A DNA stretch of 32,000 nucleotides from NCBI RefSeq assembly GCF_000016745.1, contig NC_009483.1, positions 2,370,001 to 2,402,000 on the forward strand. Direction: 5' to 3'. Below, piece after piece: positions 1 to 10,100 of this stretch (position 1 is the stretch's first letter; each line of letters begins with the position of its first letter). The notes below the pieces were generated by a model, which did not search any database, was not told where the DNA came from, and was given only the letters and a program-made list of their open reading frames with translations. The position numbers and the translations under genes were made by a program. The stretch is from Geotalea uraniireducens Rf4 (GTDB lineage Bacteria; Desulfobacterota; Desulfuromonadia; Geobacterales; Geobacteraceae).

Positions 1-1
1 G

Positions 2-76
2 TTGCTCCACCTGACGCGCAAGGAGCCGTTCAAGGCTGAAGAAGGATCAAAAGTTGCGCCGAAGATCAAATTTTAG
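2..76 (+). CDS. lemA: LemA family protein, 3' end only (gene starts upstream of the window)
   Basis: Frame 2 is open from the window edge to TAG 74-76 and reads LLHLTRKEPFKAEEGSKVAPKIKF*. This resembles the conserved C-terminal tail of LemA proteins. LemA genes typically sit directly upstream of TPM-domain genes, as here. Confidence 0.5.
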   Translation: MLHLTRKEPFKAEEGSKVAPKIKF

Positions 77-144
77 CAATCTGATAATGACATGTTCGAA
101 GCATCCTCCCACCCCTTCCCTTAAAGGGAAGGGAAACAGTCAGG

Positions 145-1002
145 ATGGTTATGAAAAAAATCCTCATCCTCATTCTGCTTCTGCTTGCCCCTTGCATGGC
201 TTACGGCCTCGATGTTCCTCCTCTTCGAGGCCATGTCAACGACTACGCCGCAATCCTGTCGCCAACTACCGTCCAGGAGCTTGAACAACGACTCAGCGCA
301 TTTGAACAGAGCGATTCCACCCAGATTGTCGTGCTGACCATCCCGACACTGGCGGGTGAAAACCTGGAGGAATTTTCCATAAAGGTGGCTGAGACATGGA
401 AAATAGGGCAAAAGGGTGTGGATAACGGTGTAGTGCTTCTGGTCGCAAAGCAGGAACAAAAACTGAGGATCGAAGTGGGAAGGGGATTGGAAGGAAAATT
501 GACCGACCTGGTTTCCGGCCGGATCATTCGGGGAGAAATCGTTCCTCGATTCAAGCAAGGCGACTTTGACGGCGGAGTTGTAGCCGGCGTTACTGCCATC
601 ATGGCCGTGGCCAAGGGTGAGTACAAGGCTTCATCCAGTGACCTGCGCCACGGCAGGAAGAGCGCCCATCCCGTCTTTACCCTCGTTATTTTTGTTGGTC
701 TTGCCGCTGTGTTTTTGGGTGCGTTGTCCAAAGTGCTGGGCGGAATCGCCGGCGCCGTCGGATTTCCCATTATTGCGCTCCTTACCTTTCCCGGTTTGTC
801 GCTGCTGATACTGGCGTTATCGGCTGTGGCAGGATTTTTTCTCGGACTCTTGCTGAGTTTCCTCTTTAGCGGCGGCGGTTTTTTCGGCGGGCCGTTTATC
901 GGGGGAGGTTTTGGCGGCGGATCATTCGGCGGTGGCGATTCGGGCGGTTTTTCCGGCGGCGGTGGCGACTTTGGCGGCGGCGGAGCTTCCGGGGACTGGT
1001 AG
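145..1002 (+). CDS. TPM-domain (YgcG-like) membrane protein with Gly-rich C-terminal tail
   Basis: 285-aa ORF. It has a signal peptide (MKKILILILLLLAPCMAYG) and TPM-type blocks (RGHVNDYAAILS, QIVVLTIP, GVVLLVAKQEQKLRIEVGRGLEG). Hydrophobic helices follow, then a tail GGGFGGGSFGGGDSGGFSGGGGDFGGGG. The start could be ATG 145 or ATG 151. Confidence 0.85.
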   Translation: MVMKKILILILLLLAPCMAYGLDVPPLRGHVNDYAAILSPTTVQELEQRLSAFEQSDSTQIVVLTIPTLAGENLEEFSIKVAETWKIGQKGVDNGVVLLVAKQEQKLRIEVGRGLEGKLTDLVSGRIIRGEIVPRFKQGDFDGGVVAGVTAIMAVAKGEYKASSSDLRHGRKSAHPVFTLVIFVGLAAVFLGALSKVLGGIAGAVGFPIIALLTFPGLSLLILALSAVAGFFLGLLLSFLFSGGGFFGGPFIGGGFGGGSFGGGDSGGFSGGGGDFGGGGASGDW

Positions 1003-1106
1003 ATTGCACATTATAGCGGGTGCGAGCTGTCGAATGTTCTGATTTGATGCAGCGGTGTCCGGTTAGTAACTTGCATAGGCTGATATTTTGTAAAAAAAGG
1101 GTTTCT

Positions 1107-1203
1107 GTAGGGGCGCGGCCTTGGCCCGCCCGCCTTTGACTGGTGTGAATAGAGCAACAAGGTCGGATTTGACGACAAGGGCGGGCCAAGGCCGCGCCCC
1201 TAC
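1107..1203. repeat. Perfect 25-bp inverted repeat (GTAGGGGCGCGGCCTTGGCCCGCCC / GGGCGGGCCAAGGCCGCGCCCCTAC) with a 47-nt spacer
   Basis: Read directly: 1107-1131 is the exact reverse complement of 1179-1203. Each arm can also fold on itself (GGGCG-C-GGCC tt GGCC-CGCCC). It lies in the spacer between the two TPM genes. Confidence 0.9.
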
Positions 1204-1310
1204 GATGGAAAACAAAAGGCAATATAGGACGTTGGCCTTATGTGCAAATATCTAACCGGACAGTACTGGATTTGATGGGTTGTTCACGCATTTTCCCATA
1301 GGTACAAGAT

Positions 1311-1946
1311 ATGATAACCAAGAAAACTAAAGATTTTTTCACTGCAGAGGAGAAGGAGCGTATCCGCCAGGCGGTGGCTGCTGCCGAGGCCGGCACTTCA
1401 GGAGAGATTGCCACAATGGTCGTGGCTGAGAGCGACAGTTACCGTGAGGCACAACTCCTCGGCGTCATGTTTCTCTCCGGTTTCCTTGCCCTCGTCGTTT
1501 CCATAATCATCCGTCACGTGACGATCTGGTCTTATATTCCTCTCGTCTTTTTGCTGGGCCTTCCCGCTTTCTTTCTTTTTGTCCGTTTCCCCCGTCTGAA
1601 ACTTGCCTTTGCCGGGCGAAGAAGGCTGAACGAAGCGGTCCGCAACAGGGCGGTAAAGGCCTTTTTTGAGAAGGGTCTTTATCGCACCAGGGATGAGACG
1701 GGTGTTCTCATATTCATCTCACTTCTGGAACGAAAGGTCTGGATCCTGGGCGACCGGGGCATTAATGCACGGATCAGGCCCGAATCATGGGGGAGTCTTG
1801 CTGCTGATCTGGCCGCCGGCATCAGAGGCGGGCGGGCCTGCTCAGCGCTTTGTGCCATTATCGCATCATGCGGCGAGGAACTCGGACGGTATTTTCCCAA
1901 AGGGACGGACATCGGTAATGAACTGCCGGACGAGGTGATCCTCTGA
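1311..1946 (+). CDS. TPM-domain membrane protein (DUF477-like)
   Basis: 211-aa ORF. FFTAEEKERIRQAVAAAEAGTSGEIATMVV is followed by two hydrophobic helices, then TRDETGVLIFISLLERKVWILGDRGI. It is the typical third gene of LemA-TPM-TPM clusters. Confidence 0.8.
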   Translation: MITKKTKDFFTAEEKERIRQAVAAAEAGTSGEIATMVVAESDSYREAQLLGVMFLSGFLALVVSIIIRHVTIWSYIPLVFLLGLPAFFLFVRFPRLKLAFAGRRRLNEAVRNRAVKAFFEKGLYRTRDETGVLIFISLLERKVWILGDRGINARIRPESWGSLAADLAAGIRGGRACSALCAIIASCGEELGRYFPKGTDIGNELPDEVIL

Positions 1947-2173
1947 ATGACCGCATGGTTTTTAGCTGTTCCCCCATGGAAGTCCCATTGTTGCTGTTTG
2001 TGGCTGTTAATTAATGTCTTGAGCTGATTGCAGCTATATTACAGCATGACTCAGTTATCCCACCACGTTTGATTACATTTTCGTATCATCCCTTTCAAAG
2101 TCACCCATCTTAATCTCTCGCCCCGTTGCACGGCTGTTGCCACCATAGGAAAGATAGATTTATATATATTCAA

Positions 2174-2189
2174 CGGCATTGCAATTGCA
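2174..2189 (+). promoter_or_regulatory. Candidate sigma54 (-24/-12) promoter upstream of the cytochrome gene
   Basis: CGGCAT-TGCAA-TTGCA matches TGGCAC-N5-TTGCA at the invariant GG and GC with correct spacing. An AT-rich tract (TTTATATATATT) lies just upstream. It sits ~115 nt before ATG 2305. Confidence 0.4.
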
Positions 2190-2304
2190 ACTTTGTTGTA
2201 GGGCACGTACGTCGAGTCCATTTTAAGCTTGAAATATGGCGTACGGAACGGCTTTTTACAGGGGGTGTACCTTGAGCAATGTTCAGGGGAAGGGTTGGCT
2301 GGCC

Positions 2305-5300
2305 ATGATTTGGGCCATGTTGCTGTCGGCCATGTTTTTGTCAGCCGGAACGGCGGAAGCGTCATTGGTGTGCTACGACTGTCATGGGACACGAAGCACA
2401 GGAGACTACCGGCCTATTGATGCTTCTTATCGAAACATTTCAACCGGCGGATTTCAGGGAACCCATCGCAACCATCTTCCTCTCAATGCCAATGGCGAGA
2501 GTTGCACACCCTGCCATCCCGGGAGCGGTGCATATACCACCAGCCACCGGGACGGGCTGATACAACTATCCAACAACATCAAGAACTCTCCCTTGCCCGC
2601 CGTATACAACCATTACACCACTCCCTTTCCCCAGACTCCATCTCCCTCGCTCGGCTCCTGTACCAATGCCAATTGCCATTTCGAGTCAGTGACGCCGACC
2701 TGGGGGAGCGCATCTTTGATTGCACCGGCCGGATGCAGCACGTGTCACGTCTCGCCGCCGGGAGACGGCAATCATCCAGCGTCAAGCGGCGCCGGCAAAA
2801 AGCACGGTGATTACTTCGGCACGGACACCGGCAGTTGCGGCAAGTGTCACATCGATCACACCAGCGAAGCCAAACCGTTTGCCCATGCCACCAGCGCCGG
2901 CAAACGTCCCTTAATTGTTCAGTTCACAGCCGCCCCCAATGACAACGGCAGTTATAGCGGCGTTGTCAGCTATCCTGAGTATCTTCCCAGCCGGAATCCT
3001 TCGAGAAACGGCACCTGCACCAACCTTTACTGTCACAGCGACGGCAGTGGCGGCGTGGCGAAAACCACGGCCGTGTGGGGTGGAACGCTCGATTGCGCAG
3101 GCTGCCATGACAGTGCCGGCGATACCACAAGCCTCAGTGGCCGACATGGGAAACATACCGGCAATTCAGGCTACGCCTTTACCTGCGAGCGTTGCCACAA
3201 GGGGACCGTAAGCGGTAACGACGCCATCGTTGACATAACCAAGCATGTCAACAAAACTAAAGATATAGTTTTCAAGGAAGGCGGAAACTTTAACAGTACG
3301 GATAAAGGTTGCAGCAATACCTATTGCCACAGCAACGCTGCCGGTGGTCCTCCAACGATTCCCGTTAAATGGACTGATACCGCGTCGATGAAATGTTACT
3401 CCTGCCATAGGGGGCGGACGGTTGACAACACGGCGACTGACTGCGCACAGTTGGGCGGGACCTGGGATGCCGCAAAGGGGTTCTGCACTCCCTACCTGAA
3501 TATGACCTCCAACGGCCATAGCAGACTGGTAGGTCCGCAATGGATCCGCAAGTATCCCTGCAGCTACTGCCACAACGCCACGCTTGATTCGTCCGGCAAC
3601 ATCATCGACAGGACCCGGCATGTAAATGGCGTGAAGGATGTGGTGATCGCCCCGCAATGGGCGATCGTCGGCAGACCTGCACCTGGCTACGACCCGAACG
3701 ACAAGGTCTGTGACAACGTCTACTGTCACAGCGACGGTACTACAAACCCTGAAGACGTTCGCCATTTTGCCTGGACCGCACCCAAAACCGATTGCAACAG
3801 CTGTCATGGCCATCCGCGGGGAACGTGTTCCAATGCCGGTTGTCACGACGGCAGGGTTGACGTTTCAGGCAAGGTATGGACCATCAAAACCGGCTGGACA
3901 GCAGGTCAGGAGTGGAAGGCGGCGACCCCCATGTTCCCCAACCAGGGTACTGGGACGGCCCGGGCCAACTCCCACCAGCGTCACACGGACACCAATTTTA
4001 CCTGCGACCAGTGCCATGCGGCGACCATAACCAACGGCATCTGTACCGATTGCCACGCCGCAGGCATTCCTGCCGGCAGCATGACCGAAGTATCCCATTT
4101 GAACGGCAACTTCCACGTCAACAAAACCAAGGATGTGGTTTTCAAACAGGGTGGTTCGTATAACCAGGTCAACAAAACCTGCTCCAATACCGCCTGCCAT
4201 TCGGGGGGTACCGATCCGCAGTGGGGCGGGTCGGTCAACAGCGCGGTCATCTGTCTGACCTGTCACGGGACCACGGGTCCTGATGTGGACAGTTTCGGTT
4301 TCAATATATACAGTACCCAGACCAAGATCAATCTGACCGAATGGGTGACCAACGGCCATGGCAGGCCTACTTCTGCCGGTCCGTATCCGTCCAGCGGCAA
4401 TCCGGCAGCCAACTTCCCCGGTAATCCCTGCTGGTACTGCCATGACAATAATGTGCTTCATAATGACGCGAACAATCCATTCCGACTGCGACAGCATGCC
4501 CAGTTCGCCAATCGTTTCGAGAAGGAGTGTGTTTACTGCCATATGGTCGGGCTCGACAGCGAATGCCTTTCCTGTCATGACAATAGCGAGTCCCTGGCGC
4601 CACAGCTTACCTCGTTAGCTGAAGATCCTTCCGCACAATGGCCTGACGGCACTGTTGCACCCCGTCCGGACCACAGGGGCATGACCGGAGGTGGCACGTC
4701 ATGTCTGACTTCTTCCTGCCATTATGTTGATCCCGCTGATCCGACTAATGACCTTAAGCGGCATAACGCGGGAGCAGGGGGGTGGTCGGCCGCACAGCAG
4801 ACCGATGTGAAGAATCAGTACACGATGATGGGGGTCTGCCTGAAGTGCCACGACGACGATACCGGCGGAAAATGCACAAGTTGCCATACGGCACCGCCCG
4901 ACAATCCCATGAAGTACACCCTCGGTTTCGACCCCTGCACCGGATTCATCAAGCCCCAGATAGCGCGGGCATCATCGGTCCACTTCGGCTACAAGCACAA
5001 CCGGGAATACCTGCAAGACGGCATCTGGAAGGGTGGCAAATTCTGCTGGGACTGTCACGACCCCCACGGCGACAGCAACATCTACATGATTCAGAACAAG
5101 GTCGCCACTTCCACAGAGGGCACTTTCGGCATTCCCCGGACCAGGGCAGACGTGGTCTTTACCAGAAAGCAGAGCGGGCTGGATTATGCCCGAATCACCG
5201 CCCCCTACAACGGTATCTGCAATGTCTGTCATTCCGCGGGAAGCCAGCATTACCGGGTCGATGGCGGCGATGGCCACAACGCCAGCAGGGTCTGTACCAC

Positions 5301-7095
5301 CTGTCACGAACATCGATTCACCGACAGCCATGCCGATGACCAGCCGTGCAATACCTGTCATCTGAACAAGCCTGTGCCGCGCCATTCGGCATTCGGTCTG
5401 CCGCGGGACTGCACCAAGTGCCACAGCGGCACCATCGGCATGCGTATGGATGTCATGGGGCAGATGAAGGCCAATTCCCATCACGTCCAGGGTGTAACGG
5501 TCACCAACAAGCACTGTTACTCCTGCCATTGGGAGTCCACTCCCGAAGGGCTCATCGATGTCAAACACCACAGGGGGTATAACTACAAGAACTATTCATC
5601 GGTCAAGAATGCTTCAGTTGATCTCGTTGTATGGGGGCCGGGCGTCAGGCCGTCCATCTACAAGTTATACACGACCGCAGTTCAGTTCCTGGCGAGCAAC
5701 ATCGGCACGGCCAACGAGAGGACCGAATCGGCCAAGCTGACCAACGTCTGCATCAGCTGTCACAGCGACCAGAACAACGATACCCAGCCGTTCAACGACT
5801 GCAAGACGCCTCGGCAGTATGCCTGGGATCTGCAGAGCGTCGCTGCCCGCTATTCACAGACAGGTACAACTACCTGGGGCAAGTACAACTCCACCACCTA
5901 TCCTAGCGCCAACCAGAAAGACAAGGTCATCAAGGCTTTCTCGGCACACGGCAATGCAGCATCCAACCAGGGTGGCTATGATCCTGCCAACGGTTTCGAC
6001 GCAGCGATTCCGAACACGCGCGGCGGGGGGCAGAACGTGCAGTGTTTCGACTGCCACAGTTCCCACGGCTCCAAGGTGGTGGGGGTTACCTCCAGCTATG
6101 TCACCTTCAACGGCACACAGAACGGAGCGAACCTGAAGGAGACCCAGGCCGGCAAGGGTGGCTACAGCATGAGCTACAAGGCATCGGCCAATGCCGCTAC
6201 AGGAGCAGTAAATCCTTACAATGCCGGGGCCGGTCAATGCTTCGACTGTCACATGAACCAGAATGCGGGCATCACCCCATGGGGGTATCAATCAACCTTC
6301 GGCGCGACTGCGCCGATCAAGGAGTATATGGATCCGGACAGATTTGGCGCTGCTACGCCTGCTTACATGCAGCGGTATCCATATAAAACAAAGCCGACTG
6401 CGGGTGGTCACCTCAAAGCGTCAAGCTTCCTGAACCATACGACGGCCGCACAGAACAAGATCAACGGTCTCTGCACGCCGTGCCACGATCCGCACGGGGT
6501 GAGTCCGTCGCTGGGTGCGAAACAGGCTTATGCCATCCCGATGCTGAAGGGGACCTGGATGACCTCGCCATACAAGGAAGATGCGGCTTTGTTGGACACC
6601 AATAACCCTCCGGGCGGTCAGCCGGTCCCTGATCCCACACCCGGCGTCTACACCGATCAGAAAACGTTTGGCGGGGCGCGGATAAGCGAAGACGACAGCC
6701 GGTTCGCCGGGCTTTGCCTGCGCTGTCATTACAAGAACAACCTGACTGACGGCATCAACAAGAACCAGCCATGGAAGAGCGTGGACCGGATCCACGAATC
6801 GGTCAAGGGATGGGGGGCGAACACCCAGCATTCTTATTCATGCTCAAAATGCCACATGCCCCATGCATCAGGCCTCCCCCGTCTCATGATGACAAACTGC
6901 CTCGACTTCAAGCACCGTGGGAGAGTGGCGTCAGGTGGGCAGGCGGGTTCCAACAGCGCGGCTTTCTATTATTGGTTTGACGATCAGCAAGTCCGCAGCG
7001 GCAGTTTCCCGCGCGGATTCGAGCAGGCAGGGGTGAACTGCCACCCGACCGGCGCCTGGCCGGACAACAGCTGGAATGCGGTGACGCCATGGTAA
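2305..7095 (+). CDS. Giant secreted multiheme c-type cytochrome (Geobacter CxxxxCH...CxxCH module family)
   Basis: The ORF is open from 2236. ATG 2305 is preferred: GGGGAAGGG lies upstream and the product begins MIWAMLLSAMFLSAGTAEA, a signal peptide. My hand count of the supplied translation gives 29 CxxCH and 7 CxxxxCH motifs (CTNANCH, CTNLYCH, CSNTYCH, CDNVYCH, CSNAGCH, CSNTACH, CLTSSCH). There are repeated H-V-N-K-T-K-D-h-V-F-K-x-G-G ... CSNTxCHS modules. Confidence 0.93.
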   Translation: MIWAMLLSAMFLSAGTAEASLVCYDCHGTRSTGDYRPIDASYRNISTGGFQGTHRNHLPLNANGESCTPCHPGSGAYTTSHRDGLIQLSNNIKNSPLPAVYNHYTTPFPQTPSPSLGSCTNANCHFESVTPTWGSASLIAPAGCSTCHVSPPGDGNHPASSGAGKKHGDYFGTDTGSCGKCHIDHTSEAKPFAHATSAGKRPLIVQFTAAPNDNGSYSGVVSYPEYLPSRNPSRNGTCTNLYCHSDGSGGVAKTTAVWGGTLDCAGCHDSAGDTTSLSGRHGKHTGNSGYAFTCERCHKGTVSGNDAIVDITKHVNKTKDIVFKEGGNFNSTDKGCSNTYCHSNAAGGPPTIPVKWTDTASMKCYSCHRGRTVDNTATDCAQLGGTWDAAKGFCTPYLNMTSNGHSRLVGPQWIRKYPCSYCHNATLDSSGNIIDRTRHVNGVKDVVIAPQWAIVGRPAPGYDPNDKVCDNVYCHSDGTTNPEDVRHFAWTAPKTDCNSCHGHPRGTCSNAGCHDGRVDVSGKVWTIKTGWTAGQEWKAATPMFPNQGTGTARANSHQRHTDTNFTCDQCHAATITNGICTDCHAAGIPAGSMTEVSHLNGNFHVNKTKDVVFKQGGSYNQVNKTCSNTACHSGGTDPQWGGSVNSAVICLTCHGTTGPDVDSFGFNIYSTQTKINLTEWVTNGHGRPTSAGPYPSSGNPAANFPGNPCWYCHDNNVLHNDANNPFRLRQHAQFANRFEKECVYCHMVGLDSECLSCHDNSESLAPQLTSLAEDPSAQWPDGTVAPRPDHRGMTGGGTSCLTSSCHYVDPADPTNDLKRHNAGAGGWSAAQQTDVKNQYTMMGVCLKCHDDDTGGKCTSCHTAPPDNPMKYTLGFDPCTGFIKPQIARASSVHFGYKHNREYLQDGIWKGGKFCWDCHDPHGDSNIYMIQNKVATSTEGTFGIPRTRADVVFTRKQSGLDYARITAPYNGICNVCHSAGSQHYRVDGGDGHNASRVCTTCHEHRFTDSHADDQPCNTCHLNKPVPRHSAFGLPRDCTKCHSGTIGMRMDVMGQMKANSHHVQGVTVTNKHCYSCHWESTPEGLIDVKHHRGYNYKNYSSVKNASVDLVVWGPGVRPSIYKLYTTAVQFLASNIGTANERTESAKLTNVCISCHSDQNNDTQPFNDCKTPRQYAWDLQSVAARYSQTGTTTWGKYNSTTYPSANQKDKVIKAFSAHGNAASNQGGYDPANGFDAAIPNTRGGGQNVQCFDCHSSHGSKVVGVTSSYVTFNGTQNGANLKETQAGKGGYSMSYKASANAATGAVNPYNAGAGQCFDCHMNQNAGITPWGYQSTFGATAPIKEYMDPDRFGAATPAYMQRYPYKTKPTAGGHLKASSFLNHTTAAQNKINGLCTPCHDPHGVSPSLGAKQAYAIPMLKGTWMTSPYKEDAALLDTNNPPGGQPVPDPTPGVYTDQKTFGGARISEDDSRFAGLCLRCHYKNNLTDGINKNQPWKSVDRIHESVKGWGANTQHSYSCSKCHMPHASGLPRLMMTNCLDFKHRGRVASGGQAGSNSAAFYYWFDDQQVRSGSFPRGFEQAGVNCHPTGAWPDNSWNAVTPW

Positions 7096-7142
7096 GCATA
7101 GGTCTTAAAATCAAGGAGTCGAAATTATCCGGAGATACGTCG

Positions 7143-10100
7143 ATGAGGCAAATCGTCCCTGCCATTATGGCAAAGAATATCTGTGGAGCGATCTCCAGGC
7201 AATGGCTGGGCATGTTTCTGGCCTGCTTTATTTTCCTTGGCGTCATCTGTCAGGCTTTTGCTGCTGGAGGCGACATCGTCTGGCAGAAGGGCGATGCGCA
7301 AGCGGGGAAGCAGGAGTCGAAGTCTTCTGGGGTGGATTCTCTGGGGAGTGTCATCATCACCGGCTATCAGAATCTGACCGGTGACACCAATGATGACTAC
7401 TACACCGTCAAGTTCAAGGCCGACGGTAGCGGTGTCGTTTGGCGAGCTTCGTACGACAAGGCAGGCGGTTCCGACCAGGCCACGGCGGTTGCGCTGGATT
7501 CGAACGACGACGTCATCGTCACCGGCTTTGCCTGGAACGGGCTCAACAAGGACATTCACATTATCAAGTACAGCGGCGCCACCGGCGCGGTCATCTGGCA
7601 ACAAACCTATGACGGTTCGGCGCACGGCAACGACATCGGCGCATCGATCGCGGTGGACAGCCTCGATAACGTCTACGTGGCCGGCTACACCCAGAACGGC
7701 GATGGCAATGACGATTACCTCGTTCTCAAGTATACCCCCGGCGGTACCCCAGTCTGGCAGGCGGCCTATAATGGGGCCGCCAACGGCATCGACCAGGCAA
7801 CATCCCTGGCGGTGGGGATTGACGGCGTCGCCGTGACGGGACAATCCTGGAACGGCACTGCATTCGACATGGCTACGGTGAAGTACGACTTCAGCGGAGC
7901 CAAGCTGTGGGAAAAAAGTTATTCGACCGGCGCAGGTACGTGCATCGGCAAGCAGACCAGTATGGACGCAGCCGGCAACGTGGTCGTTACCGGCTCTGCC
8001 TCAAACGCCATAGACCTGGATATTTACACCGCAAAATACAACGGCGCCACCGGCGCGATCATCTGGGGTAAAACTTATAATGGCGCCTACGACGATGAAC
8101 CGAACGGACTCATAATTGATGCAACGGGTGATGTCTATATAACGGGCTATACCTGGACCCTCTCCGGGACCAACGATTTTTATACCGCGCGCTATAACGG
8201 CGGCACCGGCGCCCTCGTCTGGCAACAGTTATTTGATTCCGGCAACGGCAATACGGATTTGGCCATCGCTACCGGCATCGGGGTGGACCCTTCAGGTGAT
8301 GTGTTCGTAACCGGTTATACCGTGGCAGCAGGGAACTATGACTTCCAGACCATCAAGTACAAAAAGGACAACGGCAATCAGCTCTGGCAGCAGAGCTTTA
8401 ACGGCACGGCCAACGCGAACGACCGGCCGGTGGGGATCTGGGTCACGTCAACCGGAGATGTGCTGGTGACGGGATGGAGCGACAGCGGCGCAAACGATCT
8501 GGATTATTACGTCATCAAGTACGATCCGGGGGCGTTGAATCCTCCGACGAACCTCGCAGCGACCTCCCTTTCCAACACGAGCATCCAGCTTTCCTGGACG
8601 GACAATTCCGGCAACGAGGACGGCTTCAAGATCGAGCGGAAACTGGGAGAATACGGAACCTACGCCCAGATCGCCACGGTGGAGCCGAACACAACCACCT
8701 ATTCCGACACGGGGCTTGCCGCCAACAACTACTATTACTATCGGATCCGTTCGTACAGCGCCGCTAACGGCGACTCCCATTACAGTAACGAGGCCCACGC
8801 CCTGACCGTGGTCGTGAACTTCCTTCCACCGGCTTGGAGCTATCTCTACAACAGCCCGGACAACATGGACGATTTTGCCAATGCCATTGCCGTCGGTCCC
8901 GACAACAATCCGGTGGTGACCGGTTACAGTCTGCGCACTGTCGGCGGGTTCGATTACTACACGGTCAAGTTGAACCGGGCGGACAAGAGCGTCATCTGGA
9001 GTCACCTCTACGATGATCCTGACAGCGAGATGGATGTGGCGAAATGCGTGGCGGTGGACAGTAACAACAGTGCCGTTGTTTCCGGATACTCTCAACTGTA
9101 TTACGCCCCTGCCCAAGGTAACATCAACTCCATCTACACCGTCAAGTATCCGACGACTGGTCCTCCTGAGACATGGCACACCCAGTACAACGGTCCCGGA
9201 GCCATCGACGATCGGGCTACGGCTATTGCCACCACTACCGACGCGTCCGACAATATCGTGGTTATCGGCTACGGTAAGAACGCGGCAGGCAATGAAGACA
9301 TCTATGTCATAAAATATCCATCATCGCCTCTCCTTGATCAGATGGGCAATGCTATTGCCGCCTGGGCCGCCACACCATTTGACGGCGACGGAGATGATAT
9401 TCCGAGCGCCGTAGCAGTAGGGCCGGACGGCAGTGTCTACGTCACCGGATACAGCGAGTCAGCCTCGAATTCGAACATCTATAACTTCTTCACGGCAAAG
9501 TACAACGGGGCAAACGGAACACTCCTCTGGTCCGACATATACAGCGTGACGGCGGAAGGGGATAACCGGGGTAACTCCATTGCTGTAGATGCGTCCGGAG
9601 ATCTTTATGTTACAGGTTCTGCAACAAATGCAGCCGGGAACAAGGATTTCTACACCATCAAATATAGTGGTACGAGCGCAACGGCACAAAGGTTGTGGGA
9701 GCGGCCCTTCGATGGACCAGCCAACGGCGACGACGAGGCGGTGGCAGTGAAGGTTGACCCCATCGACGGCGCCATCGTCGTTGCCGGAACCAGCCTTACC
9801 AATCCCGGTGACCACGACGTCGCCCTTATCAGGTATAACCCGGCCGGCGACGTGATCTGGCAGAAAACGTTGCAGAGGCCTGCCAATGATGACCTTGCGA
9901 CGGCCATGGCAGTTGATTCATCCGGTTATATCTACATTGCCGGCAGCACCGGCAACGGTAGCGCGATAGACATCCTCTCCCTCATTTATGACTATGAAGG
10001 GACCTTTCTTGGGGCGACCTTATTTAACGGGGATGCTAACGGTAATGATGAGTCGAGCTCTATCGCCGCCAATTACCAGGGGGAGGCGTTCATCGCCGGG

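Noticed and set aside
840-1000. GGC/GGT-rich low-complexity tract resembling a microsatellite
   Set aside because: It is in frame and encodes the Gly-rich tail characteristic of YgcG-like TPM proteins.
3166-4578. Long minus-strand ORFs (226 and 237 aa) and many same-strand off-frame ORFs inside the cytochrome gene
   Set aside because: They lie entirely within a 1600-codon ORF with unmistakable heme-motif periodicity. Their products are Arg/Ala/Gly/Pro-rich low-information sequences typical of shadow frames in GC-rich coding DNA.
7089-7142. ATG 7089 as the start of the giant protein (overlapping the cytochrome stop by 7 nt)
   Set aside because: It is possible. However, ATG 7143 has AAGGAG/GGAG upstream and places the hydrophobic signal peptide at a normal distance from the N-terminus. 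The 18 extra residues (MVSIGLKIKESKLSGDTS) look non-functional.
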